A stretch of DNA of 41,421 bases from the NCBI GenBank assembly GCA_046754105.1, contig JBHHVD010000017.1, positions 1-41,421 on the forward strand, given 5' to 3'. A program made the position numbers and the translations under genes. This DNA comes from Candidatus Krumholzibacteriia bacterium. Lineage in GTDB: Bacteria > Krumholzibacteriota > Krumholzibacteriia > WVZY01. This document shows positions 1-10,776 of this stretch, piece by piece. Position 1 is the stretch's first letter. Each line of letters starts with the position of its first letter. The notes beneath the pieces were generated by a model that made no database searches, had not been told where the DNA came from, and was given only the letters and a program-made list of their open reading frames with translations.

Positions 1-2
1 TG

Positions 3-59
3 CGGCTTCTGGGCGAGTTCCGGAGCGGTGAGCTGCGGGCGCTTCGCTCCGGGGAGTAG
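3..59 (+). CDS. Possible 3' end of an upstream gene entering the window (RLLGEFRSGELRALRSGE*)
   Basis: Open frame from position 3 to TAG at 57-59 with mostly G/C third positions, converging on the GT2 gene. Too short to identify. Confidence 0.3.
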   Translation, partial: RLLGEFRSGELRALRSGE

Positions 60-89
60 CGCGCGCACCCTCGTCCGCGGTGGTCGTCG

Positions 90-1067
90 CTATCCGGTTC
101 GAATGCGGTTGCCGCGATTCAGTACTCCGTCGCCAAACCGGCCCAGGTTGCACAGTGCAAACGCGAGCAGCGCCTTCAGGTACGCGGGACGTACCCGCAC
201 GGCGTCGCGGTAGGCCTTTTTCGCCCCGGCGCGTTTGCCCTTGCGTTGCAGCGCGCGCCCCAACTTGAAGAGGAGCTCGCTCTCCCGGCGGGCCCGCAGC
301 GGAGCCAGCTCGGGATGGTCGAGGGCCAGGCGCCGGTTGATCGCGATGCCGTCGGGGGCCAGTCTCTCATCATCGGTAAAATTGGAGCCGTGCACCCTCC
401 TGACGAGCAAGGGCTCGTCGATGTGGTATACGCGGTACTTCGACACCAGCCGCATGCAGAACTCGTAGTCATCCGCACCGCTGCGGATGCGCTCGTCGAG
501 GAGGCCCAGGTCATCGAAGCACGTGCGCCGAATCACAGCGGACGCCATCGGAATATAATTCTTGAGGAACAAAGTCCTGAGCACGGTCTCTTTGGACGCA
601 CGGTTGATATCGCGGGGTACCGCTTTGCCGCGCGGAGCCCGCGGGGCGCCTCCCGAGAGCGACGTCTGATGTCCGGAGAAAACCAGGCCGACTCCATCCT
701 CCCGGTCGAGAACCTCGAGCTGTCGCTCGAGTTTGTCCACACGCCACAGGTCGTCCTGGTCCAGGAATGCGACGTACTCGGCATGGGTCGCCTTGATGCC
801 GGTGTTTCTGGCCGCCGCGATGCCCCGGTTTTTCCCGTGCTCTACACACGTCACCCGCTCGCCGGCCGCGTAGCTTTGGACCACCGCCTTCGACCCGTCC
901 GCGGAGCCATCGTCGACCACGACGATTTCGAGGGCGTGAAACGACTGCCCCAGCACACACTCGATGGCTTCGCCGACGAAGCGCTCTCCATTGTAGCAGG
1001 GGATAATCACCGACACGCGGGGGCGAGGCGGGTTCGTGTCCTTGTCGCTGTCGTGAGGGATGTTCAT
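90..1067 (-). CDS. Glycosyltransferase family 2 (GT-A) with C-terminal TPR-like helices
   Basis: VSVIIPCYN, VVVDDGSAD, RGIAAARNTG, YVAFLDQDD (DxD) and GADDYEF motifs. GAAGGA SD-like sequence precedes the ATG on the minus strand. Confidence 0.93.
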   Translation of the reverse strand: MNIPHDSDKDTNPPRPRVSVIIPCYNGERFVGEAIECVLGQSFHALEIVVVDDGSADGSKAVVQSYAAGERVTCVEHGKNRGIAAARNTGIKATHAEYVAFLDQDDLWRVDKLERQLEVLDREDGVGLVFSGHQTSLSGGAPRAPRGKAVPRDINRASKETVLRTLFLKNYIPMASAVIRRTCFDDLGLLDERIRSGADDYEFCMRLVSKYRVYHIDEPLLVRRVHGSNFTDDERLAPDGIAINRRLALDHPELAPLRARRESELLFKLGRALQRKGKRAGAKKAYRDAVRVRPAYLKALLAFALCNLGRFGDGVLNRGNRIRTG

Positions 1068-1114
1068 TCCTTCGGCCGACGGGTGGAACGGGGGGCGCTC
1101 GAACGCTCGGCCGC

Positions 1115-1144
1115 ATAATGACAGGATGGCGCCGCTATCGTCAA
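1115..1144 (-). promoter_or_regulatory. Putative sigma70 promoter for the GT2 gene
   Basis: Minus strand reads TTGACG-18 nt-CATTAT with a TG extended -10, back-to-back with the asnB promoter. Confidence 0.5.
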
Positions 1145-1150
1145 TACAAT

Positions 1151-1179
1151 TTGACAGCGCGATGGGCGTTGAGTAGCCT
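1151..1179 (+). promoter_or_regulatory. Putative sigma70 promoter for asnB-sulfatase
   Basis: TTGACA (1151-1156), 17 nt spacer, TAGCCT (1174-1179). Confidence 0.55.
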
Positions 1180-1228
1180 TCGAGTTGTTACCTGTTTTCT
1201 TCCTTCGACATCCTCCTGGAACAATCGT

Positions 1229-3133
1229 ATGTGCGGCATCGTTGGAGTTTGGGACACCAGGAACGCGATCGACACCGGCGTGCTCGAACGGATGCGGGAC
1301 ACGCTCCGGCACCGGGGGCCCGATGACCGGGGCGTCTTCGTCGATGACGAGTCGAACGTGGGCCTGGGCCATCAGCGGCTCTCGATCCTCGACCCCACCC
1401 CGGCGGGCCACCAGCCGATGGGCCGCGACGGCGTTTGGGCGGTCCACAACGGCGAGATCTACAACTTCAGGGAAGTGCGTGAGAAACTCGCCGACGGCGG
1501 TTCGCGGTTTACGAGTGAGTCGGACACCGAAGTGATCATCGCCGGCTACCGGCGTTGGGGCACAGACGTCGCACACGAGTTTCGCGGCATGTTCGCGACG
1601 GCGCTCTGGGACCGGCGCGCGCGCGAACTCGTGATCCTGCGGGACCGGGCCGGGGTCAAGCCGCTCTACTATTACCACGACGGGGGGCTTTTCGTGTTCG
1701 GCTCGGAACTGCGGGCCGTCGTCGCGCATCCCGCCGTTCCCAGGCAAATCGATTTCGCGGCGCTATCGCTGTACTTGAAACTCGGATACGTTCCCGCGCC
1801 TCTGTCGATATTTCACAATATCTTCAAACTCGAAGCGGGACACGCGCTGATCCTGGACGGCGAGGGGCACCTCGAGACCCGGCAGTACTGGAACGTCTTC
1901 GATTGTTTTCGCGGGCCGGAGACGGTGGACGCGTACCGAAGCGACGGAGAAGCGGCCGACGCACTCGAGGACGTTCTCCGTGAGAGCTTCAAGCTGCGTA
2001 TGGTGTCCGACGTGCCGGTGGGGATCTTTCTTAGCGGCGGTGTCGATTCATCGACGGTTACGGCGCTCCTGCAATCGCAGGCGCGAACGCCGATCCGGAC
2101 GTTTACGATTGGTTTCGAGCATGCCGGGTTCAACGAGGCGGAGCAGGCGCGCCGGGTGGCAGAACATCTCGGCACGAAGCACCACGAGGCGTACTGCACG
2201 ACCTCGGAGGCGCGCGAGATCATCCCGCGGCTGGCAGACATCTACGACGAGCCGTTCGGAGACGCCTCGGGGATTCCCACGTACCTGTTGTCGAGATTCG
2301 CGCGCGAGCACGTGAAGGTCGCGTTGTCCGCCGACGGCGGCGATGAGATCTTTGCGGGTTACGGCCACCACCGCAACCTCGCCCGCACGTACGAGAGACT
2401 GTCCCGGCTCGGCCCGTCGAGCCGCCACGCCGGAGCGCTCCTTGGCATGTTTCCCGTCAAACAGCTCGCCCGCCTCAAGGTCGGCAACATCGAACAGAAA
2501 ATCAAGAAGCTAAACGAGCTGGCGCGCAAAGAACCGTCCATGGCGGAGTTTTTCTTCGTCGGCCGGAGCGTTTGGCCGGAAGAGGATATCACTACGCTCT
2601 TGCAGGGGCGCGCGCGGGGATTCGACGAGTTCATCGGACCGTATCTCGAAGAGGAGAGGCAGATCGGCGACTTCACGAACTGGATGAGGGCGGCGGACTA
2701 CCGATCGTACCTCGGCGACGACATCCTGGTCAAAGTGGACCGCGCGGCCATGGCGACCGGGCTCGAGGGCCGGGACCCTTTTCTCGACCCGCAGGTTATC
2801 GAGTTCGCCTCGCGTCTCCCGCTGCGATACCTCGTTCGAGACGGCGATTCGAAATACCTCCTCCGGCAGGTCCTCTACCGACACGTACCGCGCGATCTCG
2901 TCGATCGACCCAAGCAGGGGTTCGGCGTTCCGTTGAACGACTGGCTGAAGGCGGATCTCAAGCACCTGCTGTTCGACTACCTGGGGGAAGCGTCGGTCCG
3001 GCGTGAGGCGATATTCGAATGGGAGCTCGTAGGCAAGGAGATCGATTACTTCCTCCAGGGGCGCATCCCGAATTGTTCACGGTTGTGGCTTCTGCTCGCG
3101 TTCGAGATGTGGCGCCGGAAGTGGTTGAAATGA
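1229..3133 (+). CDS. asnB: Asparagine synthase (glutamine-hydrolysing) family amidotransferase, probably glycan-amidating
   Basis: N-terminal MCGIVG (Ntn Cys), HRGPD, HNGEIYN, RDRAGVKPLYY, FLSGGVDSS, SADGGDEIFAGY and RPKQGF motifs. True start is ATG 1229, not the 1118 start of the ORF track. Confidence 0.93.
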   Translation: MCGIVGVWDTRNAIDTGVLERMRDTLRHRGPDDRGVFVDDESNVGLGHQRLSILDPTPAGHQPMGRDGVWAVHNGEIYNFREVREKLADGGSRFTSESDTEVIIAGYRRWGTDVAHEFRGMFATALWDRRARELVILRDRAGVKPLYYYHDGGLFVFGSELRAVVAHPAVPRQIDFAALSLYLKLGYVPAPLSIFHNIFKLEAGHALILDGEGHLETRQYWNVFDCFRGPETVDAYRSDGEAADALEDVLRESFKLRMVSDVPVGIFLSGGVDSSTVTALLQSQARTPIRTFTIGFEHAGFNEAEQARRVAEHLGTKHHEAYCTTSEAREIIPRLADIYDEPFGDASGIPTYLLSRFAREHVKVALSADGGDEIFAGYGHHRNLARTYERLSRLGPSSRHAGALLGMFPVKQLARLKVGNIEQKIKKLNELARKEPSMAEFFFVGRSVWPEEDITTLLQGRARGFDEFIGPYLEEERQIGDFTNWMRAADYRSYLGDDILVKVDRAAMATGLEGRDPFLDPQVIEFASRLPLRYLVRDGDSKYLLRQVLYRHVPRDLVDRPKQGFGVPLNDWLKADLKHLLFDYLGEASVRREAIFEWELVGKEIDYFLQGRIPNCSRLWLLLAFEMWRRKWLK

Positions 3134-4434
3134 TGAAACGTACGGCCATACTCGTCACGCCGCTGCTCATCGCAGCGGCGGTGGCCGCTGCGTTTCTCTT
3201 CCACCGCCGCGGCGAGCGGCCGCAAAACGTTGTCTTGATCACCGTGGACACGTTGCGCCCGGACCACCTCGGTTACAACGGCCACCCTCGCAACACGAGC
3301 CCGGCGATCGACGCGCTGGCGCACGAAGGCCTCGTATTTACGAACTGCTACAGCGTCGCCGGCTGGACCCTGCCCTCGATCGCCACCATCTTTACCGGGC
3401 GCTACCCGGGCGATCACGGGGCCACCGATTTTCACTGGTCGCTGGACATCGACCTGCCGACGATGGCCGGCATCCTCAGGGCGCACGGATACGACACCCG
3501 CGGCTTCGTAAGCCACGTGATCCTCAAGCCGAGCTACGGCGTCGGCGAGGGATTCTCGTCCTACGACTACTCGGTTCTCGGCGGTGGACATCCTCACGAC
3601 GTAGCGACAGCGCGGCCTCTCACCGACCTGGCTCTCCGGAGCATCGACGATCTCGAGGAACCGTTCTTTCTGTGGGTTCATTACTTCGATCCCCATTTCG
3701 CGTACCTTCCGCACGCGAAATGGCGATCCTTCGGTAACACGGACATCGATCGCTACGACCAGGAAATAGCCCACACGGACGCCGAAATCGGCCGGCTGCT
3801 GGCGGGGCTTCGCGAAGAGAAGCTCTACGACAACACCGTGGTGGTTTTCACGTCGGATCACGGCGAGGAGTTCGGAGAGCACGGAGCCAAGTACCACTAC
3901 ACGCTCCACGACGAAATACTCCGCGTGCCGCTCGTCATCCGCGCGCCGCAGGTTGCCCCGGGTGTGAACCACGCGCGGGTCGAGCAGATCGACCTCCTGC
4001 CAACGCTAATGGCACTGCTCGGGTTGGATCCGGGTCACGTGTTTCCCGGACGCAACGTCGTCACGAACACCGCAGCGGCGGCGGAACGCCCGGCTTTTTT
4101 CGAAAGAGACCGCCCCCCGCCCTATAACCAGCGCGGCGTAATCTACCAGGGCTTCAAGCTGGTCGTCATCGAGCGGGCGGACAGCGAACGCATCCCCGCC
4201 GCGAGCCGCGGTACGTACGTCCCGATCACGAACGTGCGCCCCGGGATTTACATGTACGACCTGGCCGAGGATCCGGGAGAGCAATCGAATATCTACTCCG
4301 AAGACCGGCCCGGGGCGAAGGAGCTTCTCGTCTTGCTCGCCGAACATTTTGCCGTGGAGCCGGCACGCGCGCGGGAAGTGCGGATCGACGACACGCTGCG
4401 GGAGAAACTCCGCAGTCTGGGCTACATCCGCTAG
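3130..4434 (+). CDS. Membrane-anchored sulfatase-like (alkaline phosphatase superfamily) protein
   Basis: N-terminal TM helix, NVVLITVDTLRPDHL, WTLPSIATIFTG, FFLWVHYFDPH, FTSDHGEEF and C-terminal LRSLGYI. ATGA overlap with the asnB stop. Confidence 0.88.
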   Translation: MMKRTAILVTPLLIAAAVAAAFLFHRRGERPQNVVLITVDTLRPDHLGYNGHPRNTSPAIDALAHEGLVFTNCYSVAGWTLPSIATIFTGRYPGDHGATDFHWSLDIDLPTMAGILRAHGYDTRGFVSHVILKPSYGVGEGFSSYDYSVLGGGHPHDVATARPLTDLALRSIDDLEEPFFLWVHYFDPHFAYLPHAKWRSFGNTDIDRYDQEIAHTDAEIGRLLAGLREEKLYDNTVVVFTSDHGEEFGEHGAKYHYTLHDEILRVPLVIRAPQVAPGVNHARVEQIDLLPTLMALLGLDPGHVFPGRNVVTNTAAAAERPAFFERDRPPPYNQRGVIYQGFKLVVIERADSERIPAASRGTYVPITNVRPGIYMYDLAEDPGEQSNIYSEDRPGAKELLVLLAEHFAVEPARAREVRIDDTLREKLRSLGYIR

Positions 4435-4505
4435 CCGGCGAAGGGGCGCCGCGGGAGGGGAGTGCCGGGGTCGAACGGCCGGCCGCGCCGGGAGGCGGTT
4501 TTGTA

Positions 4506-5689
<1,184 letters not shown>

Positions 5690-5830
5690 TGCCGCACAGG
5701 GGGCTGGCAAGATCGCCAGGGTGGCGGTCACCGCACCACGCGCCGAGACGGCGGGCGGGCAATCGGCGGGAGAACCCGGGCGGGAACAGTTGAACGAATT
5801 TCCAAACGATACCGGCCACAAGGAGGCAAA

Positions 5831-6136
5831 ATGAATGGGTTGATTCTGGCAACCGGCGGCGCCGCGGGAGGCCCGCAGTTCGGATTTATGTTCGTGATCC
5901 TCGCGACCTTCGCCATTTTTTATTTCATACTGATCAGACCACAACAAAAGAAGCAGAAACAGCTGCAGAAAACCATCGAGGCGCTGAAAAAGGGCGATCG
6001 CATCATGACCAACGGGGGCATATTCGGGACCGTTTCCGGTATCAAGGACAACATCCTGGTGCTGAAGATCGCCGACGATGTCAAGATCGAGTTGTTGAAA
6101 TCAGCCGTCGCTTCCGTGGTCGCCAAGAACGAGTAG
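5831..6136 (+). CDS. yajC: Preprotein translocase subunit YajC
   Basis: FYFILIRPQQKKQK and LKKGDRIMTNGGIFG motifs, AGGAGG SD, canonical position after tgt. Confidence 0.97.
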   Translation: MNGLILATGGAAGGPQFGFMFVILATFAIFYFILIRPQQKKQKQLQKTIEALKKGDRIMTNGGIFGTVSGIKDNILVLKIADDVKIELLKSAVASVVAKNE

Positions 6137-6181
6137 CGACCCGTCGCCGCGGGCGGCGCGCATTGCCTGGAGGCGTGCACA

Positions 6182-6706
6182 GTGAAGGAACTGGACCTGC
6201 GATTTTACCCCGATCCCGTGCTCAGGGAGCGGTCGGACGCGATCGAGTCGTTCGACGACGAATTGCGCGAGCTGGCCGAGGCGATGGTCGCCACCATGCG
6301 CCGGGAGAAAGGTATCGGTCTTGCCGCCCCGCAGGTCGGTCTCACAAAACGCCTCATCGTGGCGCTGCAGATGAAGGAGCCGGAGGACGTAGACGCGGAG
6401 CCGCTGGTGCTGGTTAATCCGAGGGTCGTCTCCACCGGTGGCGAGTTGTGGTCCTACGAAGAGGGCTGCCTCAGCATTCCGGGGGTGAGCGCCGCGGTGC
6501 TGCGCCCGTCGCAGGTGGGAGTGGAATACCAGGGACTCGACGGCGAAATTCACAAGATCGTCGAGGAGTCGATGCTCGGGCGTATACTGTTGCACGAAAT
6601 CGACCACCTCGACGGAAAACTGTTTATCGACTACCTCTCCAGCGCGCAGAAGAGTCTCTTAAAATCCCAATTGAAAGATCTCGCCAGCGGCAAGCGCCCG
6701 TCCTGA
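6182..6706 (+). CDS. def: Peptide deformylase
   Basis: GIGLAAPQVG, EEGCLSIPG and HEIDHLDG motifs. GTG start with GGAGG SD. Confidence 0.98.
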   Translation: MKELDLRFYPDPVLRERSDAIESFDDELRELAEAMVATMRREKGIGLAAPQVGLTKRLIVALQMKEPEDVDAEPLVLVNPRVVSTGGELWSYEEGCLSIPGVSAAVLRPSQVGVEYQGLDGEIHKIVEESMLGRILLHEIDHLDGKLFIDYLSSAQKSLLKSQLKDLASGKRPS

Positions 6707-6723
6707 TTCCCCGGAGCTCCCAA

Positions 6724-7665
6724 TTGGCGGATGCGACGACAAGAGTGGTGTTCATGGGAAGCCCGGACTTCGCCGTTCCCACGCTGCAGGCGCTCGCTGC
6801 CAGCCGGGAATTCGACGTCGCGCAGGTGGTGACCCAGCCGGACCGCGGGCGGGGCCGCGGAAAGAAGCTCGCTCCCACCGCCGTCAAGCGCTGCGCGCAG
6901 GACCACGGCCTCGACGTCATGGAGATGTCCGGCGAGAATTACCGCGAGGTCGTGGAGACGGTGCGGCAGCGACGCCCCCATTTCGTCGTAGTCGCCGCTT
7001 TCGGCGTCATACTCAAGAAGGACCTGTTGGCGCTCCCGGCAAACGGCTGCGTCAATCTTCACGCATCTCTGCTGCCGAGGCACCGCGGCGTGTCCCCGAT
7101 CCAGGCCGCGCTGCTCGCCGGTGACGAGGAGACCGGTTGCACCACGATGTTGATGGACGAGGGGATCGACACCGGAGACATCCTGCTCTCGTCCTCGATC
7201 AAGATCGCAAACGAGGACACGGCGGGATCGCTGGCGGATCGCCTGTCGACGCTCGGGGCGCCGCTCGTGCTGCAGACGCTTTCCGGCTTGCTCCGCGGCG
7301 AGGTCCGGGGGAAGAAACAGGACGAGCGAGCCGCCAACTACACGCGGAAGATCCGCAAGGAGGACGGTAGCATCGATTGGAGCCGGAGCGCCGAGGACAT
7401 CGGCCGTCAGGTCCGCGCGATGTCGCCGTGGCCGACCGCGTACACGGACTATAAGAGCAGAAGGTTGATCGTGCTGCGGTGCGCCGCAGCCGGCCCGGAG
7501 ACGGGGACGGCCCCGGGAGTGGTGGCCTCGGTGCGACCGCTGCGGGTGGGGACGGGCAGAGGCCAGTTGGAGGTCACCGCGGTAAAGCTCGCCGGAGGCA
7601 AGGAGATGAGTGCCGGCGCGTTCGTTTCCGGGCATGCGGTGGCTGTGGGGGATATCCTGGGCTAG
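6724..7665 (+). CDS. fmt: Methionyl-tRNA formyltransferase
   Basis: VVFMGSPDF, VVTQPDR, NLHASLLPRHRG and MDEGIDTGD motifs. Start inferred at TTG 6724 after GGAG. Confidence 0.95.
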   Translation: MADATTRVVFMGSPDFAVPTLQALAASREFDVAQVVTQPDRGRGRGKKLAPTAVKRCAQDHGLDVMEMSGENYREVVETVRQRRPHFVVVAAFGVILKKDLLALPANGCVNLHASLLPRHRGVSPIQAALLAGDEETGCTTMLMDEGIDTGDILLSSSIKIANEDTAGSLADRLSTLGAPLVLQTLSGLLRGEVRGKKQDERAANYTRKIRKEDGSIDWSRSAEDIGRQVRAMSPWPTAYTDYKSRRLIVLRCAAAGPETGTAPGVVASVRPLRVGTGRGQLEVTAVKLAGGKEMSAGAFVSGHAVAVGDILG

Positions 7666-7805
7666 CAGGGCGGCGCGGACAAAAATCGTTGGACGAGACC
7701 CGCCGGCCCGTTTGTATAATCATTTGCAGGTGGGCGTGCCGGGGAGGGAGTGCCGCGCGGGACGAAGGCGGCGGCGCCGCGGTTTGTACGAGAGGAATTC
7801 AGCAG

Positions 7806-8534
7806 ATGAAGTTGCGATCGATCGGTCTCGCCGTGCTCGCCGCGCTGGGCATCTTTGTGTTCGCCGCTCTGATCATGAACTTTGTCGTGATGCCGTTGTT
7901 CGTTCATCAGCGCACCAGCGTCATCGTGCCCGATGTCCGAGCCGTGAGCCGCGAGAGGGCGCAGCGGTTCGTGGAAAGGGTATCGCTGCGGTTCCGGATC
8001 GACCGCAGCCAGTACAATCCAGACGTTCCGGAAGGATACGTCATTTCCCAGCGCCCGAGGGCAAACGACAGCGTCAAGCAAGGGCGCACGGTATCGGTCG
8101 TGGTCAGCCTGGGCCCAAAGACGCAGCGTGTTCCCGAACTCAAGAACATGACGCTGCGCCAAGGGCGGCTCGTTCTCACGCGGCAGAAGCTGGCCGCGGG
8201 TCGCGTATCGAGGGTGCTGCGCGAAGGCGACACGCGGGAAACGGTGCTCGCCTGCTCGCCCAGTGCAGGGCGGCAGGTCGAAGAGGGGACCGAGGTCGAC
8301 GTTCTGGTCGCCGTGGGCGGCCGGCCGAAACGGTACATAATGCCGGACCTCGAAGGTCAGGACCTGCTTTTCATCCGGAAAAAGCTCGAAAACTCCGGAT
8401 TCCGCATCGGCAACGTGCGGAACGAATCGCGGCGTAACGTATACCCTAACACGATTGTGGATCAGCAGCCCCCGCCGGGAGTGATGATCCGCCAGGGAGA
8501 TTCGATTGAGCTGGTCGCAGCTGGTTCCGAATAG
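7806..8534 (+). CDS. PASTA domain-containing membrane protein (three PASTA repeats)
   Basis: N-terminal TM followed by VPDV, VPEL and MPDL repeats with VISQRP and IVDQQPPPG. Conserved position between fmt and rpe. Confidence 0.88.
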   Translation: MKLRSIGLAVLAALGIFVFAALIMNFVVMPLFVHQRTSVIVPDVRAVSRERAQRFVERVSLRFRIDRSQYNPDVPEGYVISQRPRANDSVKQGRTVSVVVSLGPKTQRVPELKNMTLRQGRLVLTRQKLAAGRVSRVLREGDTRETVLACSPSAGRQVEEGTEVDVLVAVGGRPKRYIMPDLEGQDLLFIRKKLENSGFRIGNVRNESRRNVYPNTIVDQQPPPGVMIRQGDSIELVAAGSE

Positions 8535-9201
8535 AGCGCACGAGGGTCACGAGACGGCAGTAGCACCGAGCCTGCTGTCGGCGGACTTTTCCCGCCTGCA
8601 AGAAGAAATCAGGGCTGCGGAAGAGGCGGGCGCTGACCTGCTGCACCTCGACGTGATGGACGGACACTTCGTGCCCAACCTCACCTTCGGGCCCTTTGTC
8701 GTCGGAGCGATCCGCCGCTTGACCGACTTGCCGCTGGATACACACTTGATGATCGAGCGACCCGATCGGTATATCGGGCCGTTTATCGACAACGGCTCGG
8801 ATATCGTCACCATCCACGTCGAGGCAAGCACAGACGTGGGACGCGATCTCAAGATGATCCGGGACCGCGGCAAGAAGTGCGGATTGACGCTGAATCCCGA
8901 CACGCCGCTCGAGCGGGTGACGGATTATCTCGGTGAGCTCGACCTGTTTCTCGTCATGAGCGTCTTTCCAGGTTTCGGGGGCCAGTCGTTCATGGCAGAG
9001 GTACTGGAGAAGGTCGAGGCGGCGCGTGGGCTTCGCGAGGAGCATGGGTTCCATTTCGCCATAGAAATCGACGGCGGTATCAATCTCGACACCGCGGAAG
9101 CGGCGAGGCAGGCCGGGGCCGAGATCCTCGTTGCCGGGACGTCGGTCTTCAAGAGCGCCGACTACGCCGCGACCATCCGCGGGCTCCGCGCGGGACCCTG
9201 A
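8506..9201 (+). CDS. rpe: Ribulose-phosphate 3-epimerase
   Basis: APSLLSADF, HLDVMDGHFVPNLTFG, DTHLMI, MSVFPGFGGQ and EIDGGI motifs. Exact start uncertain. Confidence 0.97.
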   Translation: MSWSQLVPNRAHEGHETAVAPSLLSADFSRLQEEIRAAEEAGADLLHLDVMDGHFVPNLTFGPFVVGAIRRLTDLPLDTHLMIERPDRYIGPFIDNGSDIVTIHVEASTDVGRDLKMIRDRGKKCGLTLNPDTPLERVTDYLGELDLFLVMSVFPGFGGQSFMAEVLEKVEAARGLREEHGFHFAIEIDGGINLDTAEAARQAGAEILVAGTSVFKSADYAATIRGLRAGP

Positions 9202-9281
9202 ACGGCGCGGATCCGGGACGCCCCCCAAGCCCGGGGTGTCCGCCCCGTTGTAACCCAAAGGGACATAAAGGGTTTTTGCAC

Positions 9282-9310
9282 TTGCAAATCGCCACGCAAT
9301 CTGATAAATT
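9282..9310 (+). promoter_or_regulatory. Putative sigma70 promoter for the ffh-rpsP operon
   Basis: TTGCAA-17 nt-TAAATT with extended TG, in an AT-rich intergenic region. Confidence 0.55.
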
Positions 9311-9406
9311 TCATTCTTTATGAGCACATTGCGTATCTGCTAACCCGCTTTCACTCAATCAGTTGCAAAAAGTGACTTCCCGAGGTTGATTGGAAATCGG
9401 ACAGGT

Positions 9407-10735
9407 ATGTTTGCGGACCTGACCCAGAAGCTCGACGGGATCTTCTCGCGTCTCAAAAACCGGGGCAAGATCTCGGAAAAGGATGTCGCCGCGACGGCGC
9501 GCGAGGTACGACGCGCCCTGCTCGAAGCGGACGTGAACTTCCGGGTGGTCAAGGATTTCGTCGCGCGCATCGAAGCGCGCGCCACCGGCGAAGCGGTGAT
9601 CAGGAGCTTCACGCCGGCCCAACAGATCATCAAGATCGTCCACGAGGAGGTCACCCGCCTCCTCGGCGGGGATGCGGTACCGTTTACCCTGCGGGGTGCG
9701 GAAGCCGCCGTGATGATCGCGGGACTGCAGGGATCGGGCAAGACGACGTTCGCTGCCAAGCTCGGTGCCTATCTCGAGAAGCACGGTCGCAAGCCGCTCC
9801 TCGTAGCGCTGGACGTTTACCGGCCGGCGGCGATTGAGCAGCTGCAGGCGCTCGGGAAACAGATTGACGTTCCGGTGGCGCGGGGAGAAGCGGGAGAGAA
9901 GGACGTCGCGAGAATTTATGAACGCGCGCGCGCGACCGCGGTCGAGTTGATGTGCGACACGCTGATTCTCGACACGGCGGGCCGCCTGCACGTCGATGAC
10001 GGAATGATGAACGAGCTCGAGGAGCTGAAGAAGCTCGCGAACCCCGAGGAAATCCTCCTCGTGCTCGACAGCATGACGGGCCAGGAGGCGGTAAACGTCG
10101 CCGAGGTGTTTCGGGAGCGCCTCGATTATAGCGGGCTGGTCCTGACCAAACTCGACGGGGACGCGAGAGGAGGTGCCGCGCTCTCGGTAACGGCGGCGAC
10201 GGGTACCCGGATCCGCTTTGCCAGTGTCGGTGAAAAGCTCTCGGACCTCGAGCTGTTCCACCCCGACCGCATGGCGGGCCGCATTCTCGGCATGGGCGAC
10301 ATGATGTCGCTTATCGAGAAGGCACAGGAAAACGTCGATCTCGACCACGCGCAGGCGTTGGAAAAGCGGCTGCGAGAGCAGTCGTTCACGTTGTCGGATT
10401 TTCTCGGGGAGTTGAAGCGCCTCAAGAAAATGGGCTCCATGGACGACATACTGAAGATGATTCCAGGGTTTTCGAAGGCGGCCTCGAAGGGACTCAAGGT
10501 CGACGGCAGGCAGTTCGGGGAGGCCGAGGCGATTATCAATTCCATGACGGTGGCCGAGCGCGAACGACCACACATGATCGACGGCGGCCGCCGGAAGCGC
10601 ATCGCCCGCGGCAGCGGCACCAGCGTACAGGCTGTCAACCGGTTGTTGAAGCAGTTTCAAGAGATGAAGAAAATGATGAAGAGGTTCGGCAAGTTCGGCG
10701 GCAAGAAAATGAAGATGCCGTTCACGCCCTTCTAG
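9407..10735 (+). CDS. ffh: Signal recognition particle protein Ffh
   Basis: ALLEADVN, GLQGSGKTT, DTAGRL, TKLDGDARGG, RILGMGD and RIARGSG motifs, Met-rich M domain. Confidence 0.98.
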   Translation: MFADLTQKLDGIFSRLKNRGKISEKDVAATAREVRRALLEADVNFRVVKDFVARIEARATGEAVIRSFTPAQQIIKIVHEEVTRLLGGDAVPFTLRGAEAAVMIAGLQGSGKTTFAAKLGAYLEKHGRKPLLVALDVYRPAAIEQLQALGKQIDVPVARGEAGEKDVARIYERARATAVELMCDTLILDTAGRLHVDDGMMNELEELKKLANPEEILLVLDSMTGQEAVNVAEVFRERLDYSGLVLTKLDGDARGGAALSVTAATGTRIRFASVGEKLSDLELFHPDRMAGRILGMGDMMSLIEKAQENVDLDHAQALEKRLREQSFTLSDFLGELKRLKKMGSMDDILKMIPGFSKAASKGLKVDGRQFGEAEAIINSMTVAERERPHMIDGGRRKRIARGSGTSVQAVNRLLKQFQEMKKMMKRFGKFGGKKMKMPFTPF

Positions 10736-10776
10736 ATGGGAAGTACGTTTTTCATTACACGTTTGGAGGTGTTCTC

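Noticed and set aside
9202..9406. SRP RNA (ffs) upstream of ffh
   Set aside because: No conserved domain IV (CAGG...GGAA...AGCA) pattern. Only a GC-rich hairpin and a promoter are visible.
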